In this document: positions 40,709 through 49,813 of the stretch, in pieces
Layout: the number at the start of each line of letters is the position of its first letter
Numbering within the stretch: position 1 is the first letter of the stretch
Assembly: GCA_023205875.1 (NCBI GenBank)
Contig: CP060770.1
Coordinates: 1-64,000, forward strand
Reading direction: 5' to 3'
DNA: 64,000 bases
Origin: Chloropicon primus
Taxonomy: Eukaryota
Notes under the pieces: generated by a model
The model's database searches: none
What the model was told of the DNA's origin: nothing
Seen by the model: only the letters and a program-made list of their open reading frames with translations
Program-made: the position numbers and the translations under genes

Positions 40709-43700
40709 ATGGCGGGGGTCTACATAGACGCCAACGTCCTCGGAAAGAGACTCGACGAGATACACAAAGCCATCTGGGAAAACAAGGTCAGTTCCACTCC
40801 CACTCTGAAAAAAAAAAAAAAGAGGATCTTTGATCTTGATCTTTCTTTCTTTCTTTACCTTCATCCCTTCAAGCCTTCATTCTGACTTGCTCCATGGCTT
40901 GGCTGCTTCCTCGCATGCTTTTGGTTCCATCGTCATCATCATCATCGTCGTCGTCGTCGTCGTCGTTGTCGTCGTTTTTGTTGTTGTTGTGATCTTCTTC
41001 ATTCTTCATTCTTCTGTGTGTGTGTGTGCAGGAGGATGGGTTCAAGGAGAAGGGAAGCGGGACGATGTGTGATGCCGTGGCCATCGTGACGGGAAAGAGC
41101 ACGGAGGACCTGAGGTACATGAAGAGCATCGCGCTGGAGATGTGGCTGTTCGCCTACGAGCTGCCGGAGACTTTGCTCGTGGTGTGCAAGGACAGGACGG
41201 TCCACGTGGTGACGGGGAAGACCAAGGCGAAGCTGATATCGGAGACCAAGGAGGCGGTGGAGAAGATGCACAAGATAAGCTTGGAGGTGCACGTGAGGGC
41301 CAAGGGGACCAGCGGAGAGGATCTCTTCGAGGAGGTGCTGAGCAAGGTGGAGAAGTTGAGCGAGGGGGAGGCCGCGGCGTTGCTGGGAAGCCTTCCCAAG
41401 GACAAGCACGAGGGCGTCTTCTTTGACACGTGGAACAAGAGCGTTGGCAAGAGGCTGGAGGCTACCACCTTGAAGCAGACGGACGTTTCGTTGGGTTTCG
41501 CCAAGGTTCTTTCCGTCAAGTCGTCGGACGAGCAGACCAACTCGAAGAAAGCGGCCTTCTTGTCCGCCCAGGCCATGGTCAAGTACGTTATCCCTCAGCT
41601 GGAGACCATCATCGACGAGGAGAAGAACGTCAAGCATTCGACCTTGTCGTCCTTGATCGAGGACAGGATTCTGGAGCCCAGCAAGCTGGAGGTGAGGCTG
41701 AAGAGGGACAAGGTGAACGCCTGCTACGCTCCGATCGTGCAGAGTGGCGGAAAGTACGACCTCAAGATCACCGCGCAGAGCAACAGCGAGGTGATCAAGT
41801 ACGACACCATCGTCGTTTCCCTTGGGGCGAGGTACGCCAGCTACTGCTCGAACTTGAGCCGAACGATCTTCGTGGACCCGACCAAGGAGCAAGAAAAGTA
41901 CTACGGCTGCGTTCTGAAGGCTCAGGAGGCCGCCATCGCCGCCATGAAGCCGGGGAAGCCCATGAACGGCGCCTACAAGGCCGTGGTGGAGTCTTTCAAG
42001 GCTAGCGGGTGCCCTGAGCTGGCCGATCGCATGGCGAACAAATACATCGGCTTCGCGATGGGCCTGGAGTTCAAGGAATCCGCCTCCGCCCTGACGGTGA
42101 AGAACGAGAGCTTGTTCGAGGCCGGCATGGTCTTCTCTTTGAACATCTCCCTCTCTGGCTTGAAGAACGACACCAAGAAAACCGACCAGCCGGACGAGTA
42201 CGCCATTCAGGTCTCCGACACGGTCCTGGTCAAGGAGGAGGCCGACGGCAAGTCCGTCGACATTCTCACGGATGTGCCAAAGCAGTGGAAAGACATCTCT
42301 TACGTCCTGAACGAAGAGGAGGAGGACGACGACAAGGAAAACATGTCGAGAGGCAACAGGAGGAGCTCCGGCGCCAAGGGGGAGAACTTGCCCGCAAAGA
42401 GGTCGTCGGCAATGCGCAATGAGGACAGGATGCAGGAGGACGAGAACACCGAGACTCTGAGGAGGGAAAAGCAGGAGGAGCTCACCCGCAAGGCCAACGA
42501 GGAGACTCTAAGGATTCTGACCCAAAGCAAGCACGCGGGGGAAGGGGACAAGGTCAAGGAGGTGAAGGATCCTGTGGCGTACCCGAAGCCTGCTGACGTG
42601 CCTCACTCCACCAAGGATGGGCTGATCAAAGTGGATCAGCGCGCGGAATCGGTGATCTTGCCCATCTACGGCGCGAGCGTCCCCTTCCACATATCCGTCA
42701 TCAAGAATGTGAACAACTCCATTGACCACGATCACAGCTTTGTGAGGATCATCTTTCACTCGCCCTCGGCCATGAACATCCTGAGGGACTCGGCGCTCGT
42801 GCAGAGGCACATCAAGAACGCCTTCTTGAAGGAGATCTCCTTCAGGTGCACGGACACGAGGCACGCCGGCAAGATCGTCCAGGAGATCAAGACGATGAGG
42901 AGGATCGTTCAGCAGAGGGAAAGTGAAAAGAACGAGAGGGCGACCCTTGTGAGGCAGGAGAAGCTCATCCCCGGGAGAGGCAGGGTCCCTGTCTTGCACG
43001 ACGTTTGGATTCGCCCTACCCTCGGGGGGAGAGGCAAGAAGATGACCGGAACGCTGGAGGCCCACACCAATGGGTTCAGGTACCACTCTCCCAAGGGTGA
43101 GAAGCTGGATGTGACGTACGCAAACATCAAGCACGCTTTCTTCCAGCCTGCCGAGAAGGAGATGATCTGCCTGATACATTTCCATCTGTACAACGACATC
43201 ATGGTGGGAAAGAAGAAGTCCAAGGAGGTCCAGCTGTACACTGAGGTCATGGAGGTCGTGCAGACCCTCGACGCCGGGAGGCGGAATGCCTACGACCCCG
43301 ATGAGATCGAGGACGAGCAGAGGGAGAGGGAGAGGAGAAACAGGGTGAACAACGAATTTCAAAAGTTTGTGAAGAAGGTCCAAGACATGTGGGAAAGGGA
43401 CCACTCCCAGCTTAAGCTGGAGTTCGACATCCCCTTCAGGGAGCTTGGGTTTCCTGGTGTGCCCCACAAAGCGACGAGCTTCCTCATCCCAACGGTGTAC
43501 TGCCTCGTGGATCTTATCGAGACGCCTTTCTTCGTGCTGACCTTGTCGGAGATCGCCGTGGTCAACCTGGAGAGAGTTGGGTTCGGGCTGAAGAACTTTG
43601 ACATGGTGTTTGTGTTCAAGGACTTTGACAGGGAGGTCCACAGGGTGGACGCCATCCCCAGCACGAACGTGGACCAAGTCAAGGAGTGGCTAACGAGTAT

Positions 43701-44085
43701 GAACATCAAGTACTACGAGAACAAGATGAACTTGGTCTGGAAGCCCATCTTGAAAACGATCAAGGAGGACCCCGAGGGCTTCATCGAGGGCGGCGGTTGG
43801 GAGTTCCTCAACATGGAGGCCAGTGAGGACGAAGAGGGAGAGGGTGAGGAGAGCGAGGAGTTTGAGCCAGAGGATAGCGAGAGCGAGAGTGAGGAGGACG
43901 ATGACGATGAGAGCGACTTTGATGAGGATGAAGAGGAGGACGACGACGACATGGATGAAGAAGAGGAGGACAGCGAGGAGGGTAAGACCTGGGAGGAGCT
44001 CGAAGCGGAAGCCAGAAGGGACGACAGACGCAAGGGCGGGGACTCTGATGATGAGCGAGATAGGAGGAAGAGGAGAAGGAGGTAA
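40709..44085 (+). CDS. SPT16: FACT complex subunit SPT16, intron 40787-41031
   Basis: WLFAYELPET, CYAPIVQSGGKYDLK, LGARYASYCSNLSRT, VPFHISVIKN, GTLEAHTNGFRY, NIKHAFFQP, FDIPFRELGF and an acidic tail. Exon 1 reads MAGVYIDA...WENK. Confidence 0.97.
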
Positions 44086-44168
44086 GGATGGGGTTTTAAG
44101 GGATCGTAAATTGTTATACATGTTCCTGTTAGTGAAAGAGAAAGAAAAAAAAGTGGTTTGAAAGCATC

Positions 44169-47100
44169 TCAGTCCTCCTTTGAGAAGTCCCTGCCTTTGA
44201 CGCTGTTGGTAAAGACGAAGGAGATGGAGTCACCTGCAACGTTTTTCATCACTTCGTCAGGCAAATGCTGTAACGCATCACACCCATAGTGGTGGGCCCA
44301 GTGCTCGAGCTCCCCCTCCTTTGGCTCCCCGACCTGCTTCCAAGGCTCAGAACGATTCACCTTCTTGCAATTGTCCAGGGTATCGCTAACCGAGTCACCT
44401 CCTCTGTATGTAAAGAGCTCCCTCAGCACCTCTTTGCTCGTGCTGTTTCCCTTGGCCTTGCCACCGCCGTCCACAAGACCCTGCAGCCCCTCCTTGCTGA
44501 TCTGCCGCTGGAACACCTTCTCCTCGATGGTGCCCGTGGCAAGAAAGCGGTACTCAAAGACGTTCTTCCTCTGCCCATCTCTCCAGACCCTGGCTGCAGC
44601 CTGCTTGTCCGTTGCTGGGTTCCAGTCAGGGTCGAACAAGATGAGGCGGTTCGCGCCCACCAAGTTGAGGCCACAACCACCTGCCTTGGAGGAGAGCAGA
44701 AAGACGAACTGGTCCTGCGTGGGGTCATTGAACTGATTCACCAGTCTCATCCTCTTCTTCACGGCAAGACTCCCATCCAGCCTAACGAAAGGATACCCTC
44801 TATCCCTGCACAGCTTCCCGATGAGGTCCAAGGTCTGAGTGTAGTTGCTCACCACCACCAGCTTGTCTCCGGTAGGCCTGAGCTTCTTGAGGAACCGGGC
44901 CAGCAAGCCGAATTTGCCTCCCAGCTCTTCCCATCCCTCGCTCATGCCGCCCCTCCCAGCCCGTCCGTTATCAAACAATCCAGGTGGGAAGAACTGGTCA
45001 CAATTCTCGAAGCCGTCCGCTGCGCTATCTCCAACGGTGCTGTGCACAACGTCATAGATCAGCTTAGGGTGGTTGCACAGCTTTTTCAGAGCCGTGATGG
45101 CCCCCAAGACCTTGCATGACGTCTTCCCCTTTGCTTGCTTTATCATCGCCTTGGCTGCTTTGGAGTCCAAGAAGTGTCTGTACAGATCCTCCTGCAGCTT
45201 GGTCAGCCTGCAGCAAACAATCTCAACCGTTTTTGGAGGCAAGTGCTTGGACAAGAGAGAGTTTGTCCTGCGCAAGATGAACTCGTTCACGATGTTGCTC
45301 AGCTCCAGGGACCTCTCATTGCTCTTCTCGATCTGTTTCTCGGTCGCGTCCGGCTCTCTGCCGGCCAGCACGGGCAGCTCAAAATGCTTTCGGAAATGGC
45401 TTGGCGTGCCCAAGACCCCGGGATTGGTGAAATTCACCATGGCGTAGAACTCATCCAGGTGGTTCTGCATCGGAGTTCCCGATAGCAGCACCCTCCTCTT
45501 GCAAGGGAGCTCCCCGAGGGCCTGGTTGGTCAAGGTCGCATCGTTCTTGAGGCGGTGGGCCTCATCACAGATCAAGAGGTCCAGGCTGCCCTCCCTCTTG
45601 AATTTCTTTGTGTGGATCCTGAATGTCTCGTACGAAACAATTAGGACGTCGTAGGGCCTTCTGGGGCTCAGGAACTGGTCGATTCCCATCACCACGTCGT
45701 CCCTCTTAGATTCTGCCAGCGCCAGGACCCTAACTTTCCCCTTGAGCCACTTGTCGCACTCCGAGTCCCAATTGCCAACCAAACTGGTGGGGCACACAAT
45801 GACCGCCCTCTTCACAACGGGCTTCCCACCAAGCTCCTCCGAGCCTTGCTTCAGCAGCGTCCAAAGCAAGGTCAGGCCCTGGAGGGTCTTTCCCAACCCC
45901 ATGTCGTCCGCGAGAATGCATCCGTTGCCATCGAAATCCTTGAGGCCACAAACGCATTCGAACATGAACTGGACTCCCTCCCTCTGGTGGGGCCGGAGCC
46001 ACTTCGTGAGCATCTTCGCCACCTCCACGGTCTCCTCCGGGACGAATTCGGAGTCCTCGCTCCCCGAGTCGTCCGAGGCCGCTTTGCCCTTCTTCGACTG
46101 CCACAGCACCAGGGGCTCTCCTCCCTCCTCTTCCGATGTGCCCGTGTCCTGGGAGCTCGTGGGGAGCTGGGGCAGGCCCTTTGAGCCCCACGGCACGAAC
46201 CTCTTCCTGAAGAAGAGCTTGCGCTTGAGTTCCATGGAGGTCCCCGCCCCGCAGGGGCTCTTGAAGGGCGCCCTGAGTATGGCCTCGGCACCCTTGACGG
46301 TCAATATGGAGGGCATCAGGGGGCGGCGGACAACCTTCATCTCAAAATTGCCAACCATTGCAGAAACGTTCGCCGCCCGCTGCGACTCTAGCTGCTCTTG
46401 GGTTGGCATGGCCTCCTCCTCATAATCGTCATCCTCTTCGCTCTCCTCGACCTTGGTCTTCTTGGTCTTGTTCCCCTTCGGCGGCACGGCCTCCGCCTCC
46501 CCCGCCTCGACACCGTCGTCATCCTCTTCGCTCTCTTCGACCTGGGTCTTCTTGGCCTTGTTCCCCTTCGGCGGCACGGCCTCCGCCTCCACCACCTCGT
46601 CGCCGTCAGACTCCGAGTCACTGACGGGGATCACAGGGATCGAAGGTTGCTTGGGTCGGCCGACAACTTTGGACGCGTCGCAGCTCGAAGACGTTTTCTG
46701 ACTGGCGAAGTTCCCCCACACGATTTTTTCCTCCTTGTTGGCGTTCGCCTTTGCATCTTTGCACGCGCCCGATGGATCGACGGACGAATGTGTTTGGCTG
46801 CTATACCTCGCCACCTTGGCCCTTTCCCTCTCGCGCCTCCTCTGGCCGTAAGAAAGCTCCTGAGACTCCTCCTCCGAACCGCTCACGCTCTCGTCCTCCT
46901 CCTCTTCCTCGTCAACCTCCTCCTCCTCCTCCTCCGCTTGGTACGACTCGCTCGCGGACGCGTCCTCCTCCTCCTCGGACTCCTCCACGGCCTTGGCCTT
47001 CACCGCGGGGCGCTCCCTCTTGGCCCTCTTCGCCTGTGGCGCGAGGTTCTCCTTCCCTTCCTTCTCCTCCACCACTCCAGCCTCCTCCTCCTCAGGAGAA

Positions 47101-47237
47101 GGTGAAGGTGAAGGTTTCTTCTTCTTCAGTGACAGGCGACTCAGTTTCTTCCTCCTTGGGTTCTCCACGAAGTCAGACGTCGTGTTTGTCAAGTCCTGCG
47201 ATTGGGACTGCGACTGGTCCAGCCAGTTGGGCGCCAT
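44169..47237 (-). CDS. RAD54: RAD54 SNF2-family DNA translocase
   Basis: LRPHQREGVQFMFECV, GCILADDMGLGKTLQ, CDEAHRLKN, LSGTPMQN, LKKLCNHP, LLSSKAGGCGLNLVGANRL and QAAARVWRDGQ. Confidence 0.95.
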   Translation of the reverse strand: MAPNWLDQSQSQSQDLTNTTSDFVENPRRKKLSRLSLKKKKPSPSPSPEEEEAGVVEEKEGKENLAPQAKRAKRERPAVKAKAVEESEEEEDASASESYQAEEEEEEVDEEEEEDESVSGSEEESQELSYGQRRRERERAKVARYSSQTHSSVDPSGACKDAKANANKEEKIVWGNFASQKTSSSCDASKVVGRPKQPSIPVIPVSDSESDGDEVVEAEAVPPKGNKAKKTQVEESEEDDDGVEAGEAEAVPPKGNKTKKTKVEESEEDDDYEEEAMPTQEQLESQRAANVSAMVGNFEMKVVRRPLMPSILTVKGAEAILRAPFKSPCGAGTSMELKRKLFFRKRFVPWGSKGLPQLPTSSQDTGTSEEEGGEPLVLWQSKKGKAASDDSGSEDSEFVPEETVEVAKMLTKWLRPHQREGVQFMFECVCGLKDFDGNGCILADDMGLGKTLQGLTLLWTLLKQGSEELGGKPVVKRAVIVCPTSLVGNWDSECDKWLKGKVRVLALAESKRDDVVMGIDQFLSPRRPYDVLIVSYETFRIHTKKFKREGSLDLLICDEAHRLKNDATLTNQALGELPCKRRVLLSGTPMQNHLDEFYAMVNFTNPGVLGTPSHFRKHFELPVLAGREPDATEKQIEKSNERSLELSNIVNEFILRRTNSLLSKHLPPKTVEIVCCRLTKLQEDLYRHFLDSKAAKAMIKQAKGKTSCKVLGAITALKKLCNHPKLIYDVVHSTVGDSAADGFENCDQFFPPGLFDNGRAGRGGMSEGWEELGGKFGLLARFLKKLRPTGDKLVVVSNYTQTLDLIGKLCRDRGYPFVRLDGSLAVKKRMRLVNQFNDPTQDQFVFLLSSKAGGCGLNLVGANRLILFDPDWNPATDKQAAARVWRDGQRKNVFEYRFLATGTIEEKVFQRQISKEGLQGLVDGGGKAKGNSTSKEVLRELFTYRGGDSVSDTLDNCKKVNRSEPWKQVGEPKEGELEHWAHHYGCDALQHLPDEVMKNVAGDSISFVFTNSVKGRDFSKED

Positions 47238-47308
47238 GGCGAAACAATTTTTCAAAACCTAAAGGGGTTGACTCAAGACAAAAACAAAAAACCAATTCAG
47301 TCTCGAGT

Positions 47309-47309
<1 letters not shown>

Positions 47310-47360
<51 letters not shown>
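47310..47360. repeat. (GAT)n microsatellite
   Basis: About 17 GAT units just upstream of RAD54. Confidence 0.9.
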
Positions 47361-47361
<1 letters not shown>

Positions 47362-47949
47362 TTGTTGTCCATTTCTTTCGACAGAGGGTTCTTTGGAAAG
47401 ATCACGAGACGAAGAGTCCATGGGTGACGCGTTCGTGCCGCAAACTTCGCTCCTCTCGTCACAAAATTCGTCGTAAAACTTACCTCCGCTCGTGACGAAT
47501 GAATGAATGAATGAATGAATGACGATTGCTTTCTCTGCTTCCCTCTCTCTCCTCTCAAGAAGATGTTGGTATCGTTGGAAAGCTGGAGAGAAGGCGGTTC
47601 GACCTTTTTTCTTTTCTTTTGACCAAGCTCCGCCTCGCGCAGTCGAAACAATCCCTCGACGCGGTTGAAGGATACCCCCCAGCTCCTTCCCTTCCTTCCC
47701 CTCTGCTCGGCCAACCCCTTTCTTCGAGCGTTACCGAGGCGTTACCGAACCAAAACGGTCGAGAAAGGTATCAATCGAAAGGTCGTGAAACGATCTATCG
47801 ATCCATTCAAGCCTAAACCCCTTTACATTCCTCGTTGGCGTCGAAACAAGCGCCAAAAGAAGTCGCGCCCTCGTGGTTGCCCTTCACCTGGCGTCCCTCA
47901 CGTTTGCCGCTCAAATTTGAATCCCATTTTTCTAATACGAAATTTCACC

Positions 47950-47982
47950 TTAGGTTTTAGGTTTTAGGTTTTAGGTTTTAGG
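47950..47982 (+). repeat. Interstitial telomeric tract TTAGG(TTTTAGG)4
   Basis: Exact telomere units, G-rich on the + strand, which is the opposite orientation to the terminal array. Confidence 0.9.
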
Positions 47983-47998
47983 GGGAAAAGAGAGCGAG

Positions 47999-48275
47999 GA
48001 AAGTTGTCCTTCGATGGAACACGTCCGACCCATACGAGGATTTGCTTAATCATTGTGGAGTGAAAGGTCTTGTGAAGCGTATCTCTTTCGTCGCAGGTCC
48101 TCCTCCTCGTCATCCTCCACCAATTTCCTTAATCAGTGGCGAGACACCAGGATGAAAGATGAAAGTTGAAAGTTGTTCTTCGATGGAACACGTCCGACCC
48201 ATACGAGGATTTGCTTAATCATTGTGGAGTGAAAGGTCTTGTGAAGCGTACCTCTTTCGTCGCAGGTCCTCCTCC
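47999..48275. repeat. Direct duplication (about 107 bp, 169 bp offset)
   Basis: gaaagttgt.cttcgatggaacacgtccgacccatacgagg...gtcgcaggtcctcc occurs twice; CGATGGAAC anchors at 48012 and 48181. Confidence 0.92.
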
Positions 48276-48593
48276 TTCCCAGGGAAGTCAAGGAAGGGTG
48301 CATGGATCCCAAGGACAAGTTTGTTGGTCAGACCTTTGGAAGGTCTGGGCAACAGGTGGCGAGGGCCAGAGCAGAGGGGTTGACCCCAAAGGAAGTCCCA
48401 GAACCTTTGCACGACATCCTTTAGACACGACATCACTCCCTTACTCTCTTGCACTCGCTTCCCTTGGGTTCAGGGGTTCTTTCCAACCGCCAGCTGCAAA
48501 GCAAAGCTTGCATACCTTTGAGGGAGAGGAGACAAGCTGGTGGGGTTGTGGTGTGGAGAAGAAGGTTGAGGTGTTCAGGTTTGTTGCATTGCA

Positions 48594-49772
48594 ATGATGA
48601 CGGCAACGATGACGGAGAAGGAGAAGCTGGAGTCGAGTCCGTACAACACGTTGAAGAGCGAGGAGGCCGGACAAAGGTCTTCCAACAAGTCTTCCACACA
48701 CAGTAAAGTTTGTTCGACCCACAAGTCGAGTGCTAGCTCCAAGCAGAGGGAAGGTTCAAGGAGCTTCCTGGTTCCCGAACTCGTGGTGGATTGTGGCCTC
48801 GCCCTTGGAGTGAAGCTTGATGGCGGTGATGCATCACAGGAGGAGCACTGCTTGCTTTGTGTGGCGTACGCTGCGTTGACGGCAGAGGTGAAGAAACCAT
48901 GGGAGGAGAGAGCAGATGCCAAGGGAAGGAGGTACCTGTACAACTGCAGGACGGGACTGAGGGCCAAGTACCATCCGTTGGAGAAAGTGTATGCAAAGTG
49001 CGTGCAGGATCTCAGGCAGCAGAACTTTGTGGACAAGAACAAGCAGCGGGTATGGATGAAAGTGAAGGACCCCGAGACTCAGGGAGAGTATTGGTACAAC
49101 TGCAAGACCAAGGAGAGGAAGGAGTTGGACGCGTCCATCGCAGAGTCGAATGAAATCAAAGCATCGGTTGTTCCCGAGGGGCTCTTGCCGGAGTTTCCGG
49201 TTCAGCAGGCCACTCCGGCGAATACTGCGGAGCTCGTGCAGTCTGTGAAGCTGCTTTCGTTCAAGTCCTGGTGGTACGAGGACAGCGAGGAGCCGACGCT
49301 AGGAAACGGTTCGTCCGCGGGCAGCGGTCTGAAGAAGAGATATGTAAGATTAGAGTATGACTTGGAGGCCAAGACGTTCAGGATCATCTTGGAGGAGAAC
49401 GTGGCGATTGACTTGAGCGACGTGCAGTCCAAGAGGAAGCTACCGATAGAGTGCTGGGACCTTCACATCGGCGCCACACTGGACATTCTAGGGAAGAACA
49501 CGACGCTGCAGCAGGGAACTTTCGAGACGATCCAGTGGTTGGACTACAAGGCAGCGAGACTCCTCGCCGTGAAGAAGGACCTCTTGCAGGTGCTGCAAAA
49601 GTACAGAACAGCCTCGGTGCCCGCGGCGTGGTCGTTCGCCCTGAACAACAAGCCCGGGTGTTGCTCGCTGAGAAAATTGATGAGGCAGATCGAGGAGCTC
49701 AAGGAAGAGCTCGGGAAGTTCCGCCCCTCGCTCTCGAAAACGTTCACCATCGAGGACGTGCTGGAGACGTGA
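48594..49772 (+). CDS. Protein with CEP164-like WW module, a second WW-like segment and a DM10-like C-terminal domain
   Basis: WW1 is LLCVAYAALTAEVKKPWEERADAKGRRYLYNCRTGLRAKYHPLEKVY; the second is WMKVKDPETQGEYWYNCKT; the DM10-like part is RYVRLEYDLEAKTFRI...DLHIGATLDILGK. Confidence 0.65.
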   Translation: MMTATMTEKEKLESSPYNTLKSEEAGQRSSNKSSTHSKVCSTHKSSASSKQREGSRSFLVPELVVDCGLALGVKLDGGDASQEEHCLLCVAYAALTAEVKKPWEERADAKGRRYLYNCRTGLRAKYHPLEKVYAKCVQDLRQQNFVDKNKQRVWMKVKDPETQGEYWYNCKTKERKELDASIAESNEIKASVVPEGLLPEFPVQQATPANTAELVQSVKLLSFKSWWYEDSEEPTLGNGSSAGSGLKKRYVRLEYDLEAKTFRIILEENVAIDLSDVQSKRKLPIECWDLHIGATLDILGKNTTLQQGTFETIQWLDYKAARLLAVKKDLLQVLQKYRTASVPAAWSFALNNKPGCCSLRKLMRQIEELKEELGKFRPSLSKTFTIEDVLET

Positions 49773-49790
49773 TAAGAAAAACAATGACAC

Positions 49791-49800
49791 TGTAATTACA
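49791..49800. terminator. Palindromic TGTAATTACA, candidate bidirectional UGUAA poly(A) signal
   Basis: Perfect 10-bp palindrome within the 41-bp gap between convergent stop codons (49772 on +, 49814 on -). Confidence 0.65.
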
Positions 49801-49813
49801 AAAAAAATGGACT

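Noticed and set aside
39922..40885. Cys/Pro/Leu-rich ORFs of 220-303 aa
   Set aside because: They are translations of the pyrimidine-rich tandem repeat, open in all frames, with no coding signature.
48305..48319. 15-bp match (gatcccaaggacaag) to the reverse strand of the 40.1-40.6 kb repeat unit
   Set aside because: The match does not extend, and a few 15-mer matches are expected by chance in 64 kb.
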